From an uncultured virus (IMG/VR IMGVR_UViG_3300007171_000042) (taxonomy: Duplodnaviria > Heunggongvirae > Uroviricota > Caudoviricetes), in IMG/VR virus record IMGVR_UViG_3300007171_000042, positions 1 to 64,000 of that record: 64,000 nt of DNA; one strand, 5' to 3'. Within the stretch, counting starts at the first letter, position 1, and each line of letters opens with the position of its first letter. This document shows, piece by piece, positions 1-9,500 of this stretch. A program made the position numbers and the translations under genes. The notes beneath the pieces are model-generated. The model worked only from the letters and a program-made list of their open reading frames with translations. It was not told the DNA's origin and made no database searches.

Positions 1-776
1 GGTAGGTATGTTTGTGCGGTTGTGCCTTCGACAAGTTGTGCGCCCCAAATGAATACGCCATCAGTTCCATTTCCTAAAAATGTTGTATTGCCCGAACTAT
101 CTGCCAACCTTATTTGAACATTGTAATTCCCCGAAGTTGTTGGCGTGTATGTCATAATACATCTATACCATCCGTTGCCAACATTTTCAATACTTGCAGA
201 AACGCCATTGACTAAAACCGCAGTCCCAGCAGATAAATTAAAGTTAGCAACTCCTAATCCACCCGCATTGTTCAGAAATTGTATATTAGACAATCCCGCT
301 GATTTTGCGTAAATAGATACCGTTGATGTTGCACCACTGACTGACCCCGCAGGTTGTTGTAGTAAAATATGAGTGCTTGTTGTTGTAGTTGCAGTCAACT
401 TGTCCGCAGTCAATGTCCCATTGGGTGCAGTTGTAGTGTTAGTGGTTACAGTTGCAGATATAGTAAACCAATTTGAAGCATTGCTTAAATCCTCGGAATA
501 CTGAAACAAATTCCACGGCACTCGCTGAATCAACCCACTTGCATTGGTTCTAAACGCATCACTTCCACGAGTCCAAGTTAAATCCCCATTTGCTCCTGGA
601 GCTCCTGAGTAAAGAACTCCTCTCCCAAAAGAAGAAGGTACTAACTCAAATGAAGCTCCTGTTAAGCGAGAATATAATGCGTTTGCTTCATCTAAACTTT
701 CCGATATACCTCCTCCATTTACTGCTCTCGCATTAGATTGTATAGTTTCATTTAAAAATGATATTCCTGTTAGCAT
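1..776 (-). CDS. Spike/fibre protein with carbohydrate-binding-like modules (partial, runs off window start; missing from ORF track)
   Basis: Manual translation from ATG at 776: MLTGISFLNETIQSNARAVNGGGISESLDEANALYSRL...GDLTWTRGSDAFRTNASGLIQRVPWNLFQYSEDLSNASNW...VGNGWYR...IWGAQLVEG; clearly paralogous to 2474..4132 and 4162..6060. Confidence 0.8.
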   Translation of the reverse strand, partial: MLTGISFLNETIQSNARAVNGGGISESLDEANALYSRLTGASFELVPSSFGRGVLYSGAPGANGDLTWTRGSDAFRTNASGLIQRVPWNLFQYSEDLSNASNWFTISATVTTNTTTAPNGTLTADKLTATTTTSTHILLQQPAGSVSGATSTVSIYAKSAGLSNIQFLNNAGGLGVANFNLSAGTAVLVNGVSASIENVGNGWYRCIMTYTPTTSGNYNVQIRLADSSGNTTFLGNGTDGVFIWGAQLVEGTTAQTYL

Positions 777-805
777 GTTAGTTTTTATTTTTATTTTAAA
801 CTAGA

Positions 806-2425
806 TTAAAAATTTAAGATATAAGAAGCGTAATAATTTGTTCCATCCCATACTAAAGTAATGATATCTATCTTACCTGCAGTAGTAGTCAATACAGGGG
901 CAATACCTCCTGACCATTTTACTGTAGCAGGCCAAGTTACTGTGAAGCTTCCTGCTCCTCCTTGGGTTAACTTTACTATGTAGGTTCCTATTACTGGAGC
1001 GCTTAAGGTTAAAGTAGTGCTAGAAGTAAGCGTAATATCCGCTAAGTTTCCGTTAGCCCAGTTTACTGTAGTAGTAGAAGTGGAGGCAGCAACACTTTGC
1101 TTAACATCAATTACGTTCTGAGCAGTATCTAATAAGAGAAGTTTTCTATCTGTTCCGTTAATCTTGACAGCCCAAGAAGAAATAGTAGTATTTGTTTCTG
1201 CAACTACAGTACCCGCGTTAGCTGATGCACTACCAACTACAAACTGGTTAGCGGCTGTTGCTGTAGCGTTTGAGCCTAATACAACGCCACCTTGAAAACC
1301 TGATGTATTTGCATTCGCGCCAATTATCGTAGAGTTACTACCTACAGCCAATCCTGCATTACCTGCGTTATATCCTATGATTGTATTATTTGTACCTGTA
1401 GTTATTTGTGTACCCGCCTGAAAACCTAAAGCAGTATTGTAGTTTCCCGTACTCGCAGTCAGCGCCTGATAACCTATGGCTGTGATTCCTGTTCCGGAGG
1501 TGTTGGCGGCTGCTGCACTAAAACCTACCGCTACGTTATTTGCTGATGTGTTTAGATTTAATGCATTATGACCTACTGCAGTATTTGCATTACCACAATT
1601 AGCCCCTAACGATAAATTTCCAATTGCTACATTAAAACTTGAGCCACTTGGAACAAATAAAGCACCTCCAATAGCGATATTATTTGAACCTGTAATATTT
1701 GCCAATAGTGCTGAACTTCCCAACGCTACGTTTGAAGCCCCTGTAGTATTTGCTAAACCTGCCTGATATCCTAATGCAGTATTGTAGTTTCCCGTACTCA
1801 ACCTCAACGCCTGATACCCTATCGCAGTTATGCTTATGCCTGAGGTGTTGGTTAATGCGGCTTCGTAACCTACGGCAACGTTGTTGGATGCGGTGTTGTT
1901 GGCTAATGCAGTCACACCTACGGCAGTATTATTATTTCCACTGATATTTTGTACTAATGCATCCTTACCTACAGCAGTATTTAATGCACCTGTGCTATTT
2001 GTAAGCAAAGACCTCTCACCTATAGCAGTATTTCTAATACCCGTAGTATTAGCATTTAAGGATTGATAACCAACAGCAGTACAACTACTCGCCGTACTAC
2101 TTGCCAACAACGCATCCACCCCTACAGCAACGTTTTGTGTTCCGCTTGTGTTGGCTCGTAAAGCACGATAGCCTAATGAAAGGTTATTTGAACCGCTTGT
2201 GTTGCTCAATAATGCTTGGTCACCAAATGCCGTGTTAGTTGTGATAGATCCTCCTCCATAGTTTGTTACTGATGTAGTAGAGAGTCTTAATACTGATGGA
2301 GTGTTTAATTGATCAGTAAGAATTCTAAGGGTACCATCTAGGTACACCCCTCCTTGAAGTTGAAGTACTCCTGTGTTTACTACTGAACCAAGAGAACCTA
2401 AGGGAAATATTTTAGCGTATGACAT
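806..2425 (-). CDS. Tail fibre/adhesin with YadA-head-like beta-roll repeats (NTAVGxxALxxN)
   Basis: Many ~14-aa N-[TV]-A-[VIL]-G-x-x-A-[LG] repeats; C-terminal TQGGAGSFTVTWPATVKWSGG...P.L.T..GK.D motif typical of phage fibre tips. Confidence 0.75.
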   Translation of the reverse strand: MSYAKIFPLGSLGSVVNTGVLQLQGGVYLDGTLRILTDQLNTPSVLRLSTTSVTNYGGGSITTNTAFGDQALLSNTSGSNNLSLGYRALRANTSGTQNVAVGVDALLASSTASSCTAVGYQSLNANTTGIRNTAIGERSLLTNSTGALNTAVGKDALVQNISGNNNTAVGVTALANNTASNNVAVGYEAALTNTSGISITAIGYQALRLSTGNYNTALGYQAGLANTTGASNVALGSSALLANITGSNNIAIGGALFVPSGSSFNVAIGNLSLGANCGNANTAVGHNALNLNTSANNVAVGFSAAAANTSGTGITAIGYQALTASTGNYNTALGFQAGTQITTGTNNTIIGYNAGNAGLAVGSNSTIIGANANTSGFQGGVVLGSNATATAANQFVVGSASANAGTVVAETNTTISSWAVKINGTDRKLLLLDTAQNVIDVKQSVAASTSTTTVNWANGNLADITLTSSTTLTLSAPVIGTYIVKLTQGGAGSFTVTWPATVKWSGGIAPVLTTTAGKIDIITLVWDGTNYYASYILNF

Positions 2426-2473
2426 AGCTTGTTTTATTATTTAAAGTTTATATTTTGTAATTTAAGTTTAAGT

Positions 2474-4132
2474 TTATAAGGTTGTTAGTGCAGCAAGTTC
2501 TGCGTTAGTAAGACGTGTGTTAAACAAGGCAACTTGATTGTATCTCATTGGTGTGGCTTGATTATATGCAAACAAACCAATTTCCGAACAAGTTGGAACT
2601 GTTCCACTCGTATCTGTACCAATTTGTGAGCCGTTAACATACAAAACAAAATCATTTTCTTTATATGCCCCCGCGATTTTAAACCTACCAGTAGATGAAT
2701 TGAGAAAAGTTATTTGCGACTGAACCCCAGAATTTACCACTTCGTATTGGATTGATGTTGCATTAAACCCAATTCCTATGTAAATATTTGCCGCACCTAT
2801 ATTTGGAGCGATGGCTAAATAAGTAAAAGATTGGCGAACATCTAAATTAACATCGCAATAAAGCACGCCTTCTGTTTGTCCGATTAAACTACTAATACCT
2901 GTTCTTACAGCACTGTCAGCAATCCTTGTAACAGTTGTTGCTTGAGTTGGAATATAGCTAGTAGGATATGCTCCAACCTCTGCTTGGAATCCATAAACGT
3001 AGATTGTCCTTGCAGTTGCTCCTAGAAATGTATTGATGTTTGCATAGATATTAGATGTAGATGCTCTGCTTACTGACAATCTTTGCCAACTCCCATTAAG
3101 CGTAAATACTTGGTCAGTTCCTCCACAAGCAATTGTTATTGTTTCTCCAGATGTACCTTTAACCCAAACAGAACTAGTTGCACTTGTACCAAGTGTAAAA
3201 CATCCTTGTGTAACATATTTGTCAACTCCACTAAATACAATAGTTGAAGCATTTTGAGTACCATCAGGAGAAATTGTTGTGTTAGGAGTTACAGTAGCAC
3301 CAGACTTACTCCAAACTACATTAGTAAAATCATTACTATACAACGCCAAATTCGTTCTCTGAGGCTCAACCAAAAAAGCTTTAGATCCAGTAGAACTGTC
3401 AACTCTAGGAACGTTAAGTCTGTCTGTTGTTCTTAAGTAAGTGAGAGGTTGTGTTCCATGAACTAACTGAGCGCCCCAAATTCCAAAAGTGTTATTAGTT
3501 GATACACTATCAGGTCCAAAGTCAATGTAATGATAGCTTGGTGTAGCTACAGTCACAAAACTTAAAATTAAACGATACCATCCATTTCCTACGTTTTGCA
3601 TTGAAGCAGTTACCGAAGAATTAGGACTTTGCGTAATACTAATTACTTGCGTACTCAAGTTGTAAGTAGCTACTCCTCCAGTATAACCTCCTGCAGAGTT
3701 ATCCACATAAGCAATTTTAAATACATTGGTGTCTCCCAATACTTTAGCAAAGAGGCTAAGAGTATATGCTGTATTTCCAGTAAATGTAATGAAATTTGTT
3801 TTAAACACTACAGGGGTAGTAACTTGTCCACTTAAAGTTACAAGCGTATCAGCATCTTGGATACCTGTAGGAGAAATAGTAGCGTTAGGAGTAATCGTAC
3901 CTCTAGCTGTTGACCAATATGCATTGTTAAACTCTTCAGAGTAGCCTAACAAATTCCAACATGCTTGTCTAATTACTCCTGTAGAGTCAGTATATGTAGC
4001 ATCTGATCCCCTAGTAAATGAGATCTCTCTAGGTAAGTATTGCTTAGAAGAAGATCCTAAGGCATATCCTAGAATGTTATCTTCTTCTATTGCCCAGTTA
4101 TTTGCTCCTAATATAAGTGTTGGGGTAGCCAT
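2474..4132 (-). CDS. Spike/fibre protein with tandem CBM-like modules and LamG-like C-terminus
   Basis: FTRGSDAT, NLxxYSxxF...W, VGNGWYR, WGAQL, GAYPTSYIPT, TVTRIAD motifs; C-terminal LYVNG...FNTRLTNAEL resembles a concanavalin/LamG fold. Confidence 0.7.
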   Translation of the reverse strand: MATPTLILGANNWAIEEDNILGYALGSSSKQYLPREISFTRGSDATYTDSTGVIRQACWNLLGYSEEFNNAYWSTARGTITPNATISPTGIQDADTLVTLSGQVTTPVVFKTNFITFTGNTAYTLSLFAKVLGDTNVFKIAYVDNSAGGYTGGVATYNLSTQVISITQSPNSSVTASMQNVGNGWYRLILSFVTVATPSYHYIDFGPDSVSTNNTFGIWGAQLVHGTQPLTYLRTTDRLNVPRVDSSTGSKAFLVEPQRTNLALYSNDFTNVVWSKSGATVTPNTTISPDGTQNASTIVFSGVDKYVTQGCFTLGTSATSSVWVKGTSGETITIACGGTDQVFTLNGSWQRLSVSRASTSNIYANINTFLGATARTIYVYGFQAEVGAYPTSYIPTQATTVTRIADSAVRTGISSLIGQTEGVLYCDVNLDVRQSFTYLAIAPNIGAANIYIGIGFNATSIQYEVVNSGVQSQITFLNSSTGRFKIAGAYKENDFVLYVNGSQIGTDTSGTVPTCSEIGLFAYNQATPMRYNQVALFNTRLTNAELAALTTL

Positions 4133-4161
4133 CTAATTTAAATTTAAGTTTAATAGTTTGT

Positions 4162-6060
4162 TTAGATTAATATGTATCCTAAGCTAGAAGCCATTGAAGC
4201 AAAAGAACTGTATCCACTAGAAGTAGGATTAGTAAGCAACTCACAGTCCACATCATCTAATGGGACAGGATATAAAGCCATTCCTTGGATATGTAAAGGA
4301 GAACCTACAGAACAAGTTAAATCATTCATTGTAGTTGGAGTAAAGGAAGTACCTGATACAACTTTAGTTCCATTGGCAAATATATCTGCGGTAGAACCAT
4401 TCCATTTTATTACCAACTTAACAGATGAACTTAATCCTAGAAAGGAAAAGTATACGTTTGTTCCGCTACCTGCTATATTCTTGTTTACAATAAATGTGTA
4501 ACCTCCAAGTCCAGAATTTATCTGCAGTGCATTGTTAATGTCGCCTAGACGTAAAACATTACTGTTATCTCTTTCTGTTGCTGTAACTCTAAATTGAATG
4601 TACCAAGTTCCTCCTGCAGAGGTTATAAGGTTATTAGTATATATGTTATTACGAGAGAAAGAGTCAGCTAAGCGAGTTACTGTGGTTGCTTCTGTTCTGA
4701 TATAAGAACTAGGATAAGCACCTGCTTCTAATTGGGCTCCCCAAATAAAAGCAGAACCAGCAGAGATAGGTGTTAAAGTATTATCAGCATCACTTAGTCC
4801 TAGTTGATGATATATAGCTGATTGTGCAGTTGTATTAGTTAATGTACAACGATACCATCCATTTCCTACGTTTGTTATTGTAGCTGTATATCCTGAAACA
4901 ACAGTACCTAAAACACCCGTATTTAAGTTAAACCATGCTCTTCCTCCAGTACCTTGTACGTCAACTAAGAAAAGCCAATCTTTAGTATTCTTCTTAGCGT
5001 AAACACTTACAGTATAGATTGCTGATGTCCCAGAAACCGTTCTATAGACTCCACTGTAAGTACTTGTAGTTACTGATAATGTGTCAGCATTTAAATTCCC
5101 ATTAGGAGAAACCGTAGTATTAGGGGTTAGAGTAGATGCATTTTTAGTCCAACTTACATCATCAAACTGCTCACTATATAATACTATATTCGTTCTCTGC
5201 GGTTCTAATAGTAAAGCAGGACAAGTACCATAAGAGTAATCTATTCTAGGTACATCAAGTCTATCTGTAGTAGGAAAGTACTCTAAAGGATAAGCGCCTT
5301 CTACTATTTGAAATCCCCAGACATAAAGACTTTTTGCAAATCCATTTGTAAAAACTTCAATCCACCCATTACCTCCGTTTACTGATGTTGCAGTTACTGA
5401 TACTCTAAACCAATCATTTCCTACCTCTTCAACTACTCCACTTAAATTAGTCCAAGCAGAAGGATTAGTGTTATAAGTAGCTGTTTTATTTACAATATTA
5501 ACTGTAGCAATTGCAGGAGCTATAACGCCATCTGATAATCTAAAGAATACAGTCTCTCCTGTTGCAAATGTACTGTTCTTGAAATATGCGCTAAAAGTGT
5601 ATTGTGTAGCAGGAGCAACTGATTGTGTTCTTAGTACGTATCCATTTGTTGTAGTAAAGGTTACTAAGTCAGCAGTGAGTGTCCCATTTGGAGCAACAGT
5701 ACTATCAGGTGTAATAGTTACACTTGTCTTAGTCCAACTTACGTTACTCAAGTCATTACTATACTGTACTAGGTTATAAGGAGTTCTCTGTAAGAGACCT
5801 TGTACGTTAGTTCTCCAAGCATCTGATCCTCTGGTAAAAGTTAAGTTACCTGTTGCTCCTATAGGTTTCTGTGTGTATACTGTGTCTTCTTTGTATCCAC
5901 TTGGAGATAAGAGAAAAGAAGATTGTTCTAAAAAGCTAGACGTATTATCTACGCAGCCTATAGATTCTACTACTCCTCCATTAGATCTTACATGATAATA
6001 GAAGACAGTGGCTAAATTTTCTGAGCCATCAAAAAAGAAAAATTTTCCTATACGAGCCAT
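4162..6060 (-). CDS. Spike/fibre protein paralogue with tandem CBM-like modules
   Basis: Same motif series as 2474..4132 (FTRGSDA, EPQRTN, VGNGWYR, WGAQLEAGAYPSSYI, TVTRLAD). Confidence 0.7.
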   Translation of the reverse strand: MARIGKFFFFDGSENLATVFYYHVRSNGGVVESIGCVDNTSSFLEQSSFLLSPSGYKEDTVYTQKPIGATGNLTFTRGSDAWRTNVQGLLQRTPYNLVQYSNDLSNVSWTKTSVTITPDSTVAPNGTLTADLVTFTTTNGYVLRTQSVAPATQYTFSAYFKNSTFATGETVFFRLSDGVIAPAIATVNIVNKTATYNTNPSAWTNLSGVVEEVGNDWFRVSVTATSVNGGNGWIEVFTNGFAKSLYVWGFQIVEGAYPLEYFPTTDRLDVPRIDYSYGTCPALLLEPQRTNIVLYSEQFDDVSWTKNASTLTPNTTVSPNGNLNADTLSVTTSTYSGVYRTVSGTSAIYTVSVYAKKNTKDWLFLVDVQGTGGRAWFNLNTGVLGTVVSGYTATITNVGNGWYRCTLTNTTAQSAIYHQLGLSDADNTLTPISAGSAFIWGAQLEAGAYPSSYIRTEATTVTRLADSFSRNNIYTNNLITSAGGTWYIQFRVTATERDNSNVLRLGDINNALQINSGLGGYTFIVNKNIAGSGTNVYFSFLGLSSSVKLVIKWNGSTADIFANGTKVVSGTSFTPTTMNDLTCSVGSPLHIQGMALYPVPLDDVDCELLTNPTSSGYSSFASMASSLGYILI

Positions 6061-6106
6061 AATGGTAAGTTAAGTTTAAATAAAGTTAAGCCTAATAAAG
6101 GCTAAC

Positions 6107-6427
6107 TTATTGAGATACAATGTAATACAGAGTTCCAGTACCTAGTACTTTTACGTTTACTGTATTAGGGGTATCTATACTTACTCCTGAGTTGTTTGGT
6201 AAAACAACTGTAGCTCCTGAAGTTCCAGACATGGAATTGTTTACTGTAAAGCTTACAGTAGTTCCCGTAGTGTTCATTAAAGTTACAAACTTGCAACACT
6301 CGGAAGGAAGAGCAGTAAGAGACCCTGTAAGGGCAATACTTCTAGATACGTCTTGGGGTTCTTCTGTGTTAGAAGCAATCTGTCTTAGACGTTTGGCCTG
6401 CTCCTTAAGCAAATCATTATTTTCCAT
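6107..6427 (-). CDS. Small beta-rich hypothetical (probable virion) protein
   Basis: 106-aa ORF downstream of the promoter at 6513-6542, first gene of the fibre operon. Confidence 0.6.
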   Translation of the reverse strand: MENNDLLKEQAKRLRQIASNTEEPQDVSRSIALTGSLTALPSECCKFVTLMNTTGTTVSFTVNNSMSGTSGATVVLPNNSGVSIDTPNTVNVKVLGTGTLYYIVSQ

Positions 6428-6512
6428 AATTATATATTCTTATTTAGATTTAAGTTTAATTATCTTTACAGTAATTAGATTACCTAAGTACTCGGCTATT
6501 AGGCCCGTAGTA

Positions 6513-6542
6513 CAAAAGTATATTAATTAAAAATAAAGTCAA
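6513..6542 (-). promoter_or_regulatory. Bacteroidota-type housekeeping promoter
   Basis: Minus strand TTG (6540-6542), 19-nt spacer, TACTTTTG (6513-6520). Confidence 0.7.
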
Positions 6543-6554
6543 TAGATAGAATTA

Positions 6555-9500
6555 TTAACTTCTATCTAATCCTTCTTCATAGTCAGACAACTCTCTCTGT
6601 TGTTCTTTAAGCTGGACTTTTTCTTTTTGAAGATCATCTATTTGTGATTGTAAAGATTGTTTAGTTTCTTCATCATCTAAATAGTCTAACTGACGAGTCA
6701 TAGCTTTAATTTGTTTATTAATAGAAGATATGTCTCCTTTCGTTCCCTTTATCTCAGAATCTAATGTAGATATAAACCATCTTGGGTTTTTAGCTTCATA
6801 TTTCCTATAGATATACTCAGGTCCAGTAAAGTAATTTGTACTTACTGCAAGTCCAAACATTTTTTCTAATCTAGCAAAAAACTCCATCTGTCCCTGAAGT
6901 ACAGGATCAGGCTTATATCTTTTAGGATTTAAAATATTACCTGTTCTACTACGTTCAATATACTCATCAAACATATCTACATCATCTAATGGGTTAACAA
7001 ATTGATAAGCTAATTTAATAGACTCAAAAGCTCCCTGCAAAGGAAGAATAAAATTTTTCTCTAAATAAAATTGTCCTATATTCTTACCGTCTACATTATT
7101 CATCATACGAGAATAGACAATAGATCCTGTTCCAAAGACAGGATTCAACGTGTTTAATTCATCTTCGATTTGTAAAAGATTGTAAAGTAAAAAATAAGCT
7201 CCCCAGATATTTTCCTCATCGTCATCATCAGAGTATACTAAAGCATTTAAAGCAATTGCAATAGCAGTACTTACACTTAACACAAGCATGTCATAAACTG
7301 CTGCCATAGCTTCTGCTTTTTCTCTAGGACTCATTAAACTGTCTACAGCTGCAAAAGAAAATCTATTCTGCATGATTAACTTAAGAGCCTGTACCAAGGT
7401 TCTAAAGTACCCTTGTTGTTCCATACCTGCTCCATAGTTCATTCTTCTATTTCCAAATCTTCTAATAAACTGATAGGTAAACCATCCCTTCATGTAGCCA
7501 ACTAATCTTCCTATAGTATATCTACTATATTCTCCTTTATCCATTGCACCATACGCTCCATGAATAAGAGCATTTACTGCGTTTACTTTTTGCCTAAATG
7601 CAGATTCTACTCCACTAAATCCTTCTATGTCTTTAATATTTGGATCAGGTTTAATAACACCCTCTTCTACAATGTAAGCATCCATTATAGGCTTGAATGT
7701 TCCATCGGTCATCTCTACCATAAACTGCTTAGATAAAGATTCTGCTACCGCACTACGCATTTCAAATTCACCAAATGTCCTAGTAAAAGAAAGCATATAA
7801 AGAGGATTGTATTTTCTAACTCCTTTAGCTAAATCACTAACATATACTCTTTTACCTGATTCAGTTAAATGATCTTCAACCATAATATTGAAGTAACGCA
7901 TCTTCTGAATATAAGGAGAATCTATACCATCTTCTACATAAGATTTAAATAAATCGCCAATATGCTTAGCATTCTTTCCCATTGCTACAGTAACATCTTT
8001 TCGACTAACACCGTAAATCTTTAACTGTTCAAAGATGTTTATTGTACCAGCTCCAAAGTTTTTAATACTTGAAGGTAAACGTAAACTAAGTGCTAACTCT
8101 GCACCAATACCCAATCCCTTATCTAAAGCCCACTCAAATACCCTACCCGCTTTATTATTAATCATAGGCTTTCTAGACTTACCTTGTAACTTACGTTCAA
8201 ATAAGTTATTTACCATCTTTTGGATACGACTTCCAGGAATTTTTTCACTAAGAACATCTTGTATACCGTATAAATATGGAGCATTAGCGTAAGCTTTTCT
8301 AAACCTAATCAGATCAGTACCGTACATAGTTAAACTATTAATAAAGTTTACACTCATCTTGTCTGCCCCAATAGGAGTATTGTAACGTAAGAAAAGTCTT
8401 CTATTAACCTTTGTCACCATACTGCCTTCTTCGTCTCTAGACATATCTTCATCATTCTTAAAGGTCATATTATCCCATATGTTACTAGCTACGCCTTTTA
8501 TCTGAGAGCCAATAGTACCAAATTTCTTATTTCCTAAAGCCTCAAAGCCTTCTTTCATTACAGAAGGAAGTTCTAAACCTTTCTTAAGGTTTCTAGGAAC
8601 TCCTTTTTGCATCTCATTATACACCTCAAGTATTTCAGAAAGTAACTGTTTTTCTTCAGTACTTAATCTAGCGTACTCTGGATTTATATACTTAGTCTTT
8701 GTATTATCCAATGATACTCGTTTAGATTTCTTGTTCTGAGTAACGGTTTCTTTTCTAAAAACAGGATTAAGAGTAATAGTTTTCCATCTAAACGAGGGTT
8801 CATTAAAACTAATGTAGGACTTATCTGTAGGTTCAGTCGTCATCCAATAGGTTAGTGGTTCATCTTCTTCTATAAAGGTACCTGCAGCTTCAGAATAGTT
8901 ATAAACCTTTTTATGGTTCATCTTATACCATGTAGTATTTTTTAATGCCTCTACAGCATCCGAAGTTAGCAAACTACCATTTTGATCTCCTGCATACTTA
9001 GCAGAATTTTGAGCAGAAAGTTTGGCTCTTTGTTCAGCTAACTTAGTATTGTATACTTCAATATATGCAGGTGTATAGACTTTTTCTTGGATTGCAGAAA
9101 GCTCTTTATATAGATTACGAAGAGCTACACGATCTTCTCTGGATAGTTCAGGAGACTCCTCTTTAATAGTTTCTTTAACTTCTTCTAACTCTTTCTCTAA
9201 CTCTGCTATACGTATAGGAATATTTACTTCTCTAACAACACCATTCTCCTCTACAGTAACAGTCTCATTAGGAATTCTTGATCCATCATAAAGATTATCA
9301 TTATTCTTAAATCCTTTTAATAGGCTAAAAATCTCATCCCAGATCTCTGAAACAGTTCTCATGCCAGGAACATCTACTTTCTCTTGAATAGCAGAAATAG
9401 AATCTAAGATCTCTCTACGTTCTTCATAAAACTCTGGACTAATCTTTCTTACAGCATTATTGGCTCTCCAAACATCATAGTCTTTTTGGACTGCATTTAG

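Noticed and set aside
1..6060. Diversity-generating retroelement acting on fibre genes
   Set aside because: No reverse transcriptase in the window and the repeat pairs examined differ at all base types, not only adenines; a DGR elsewhere in the genome cannot be excluded
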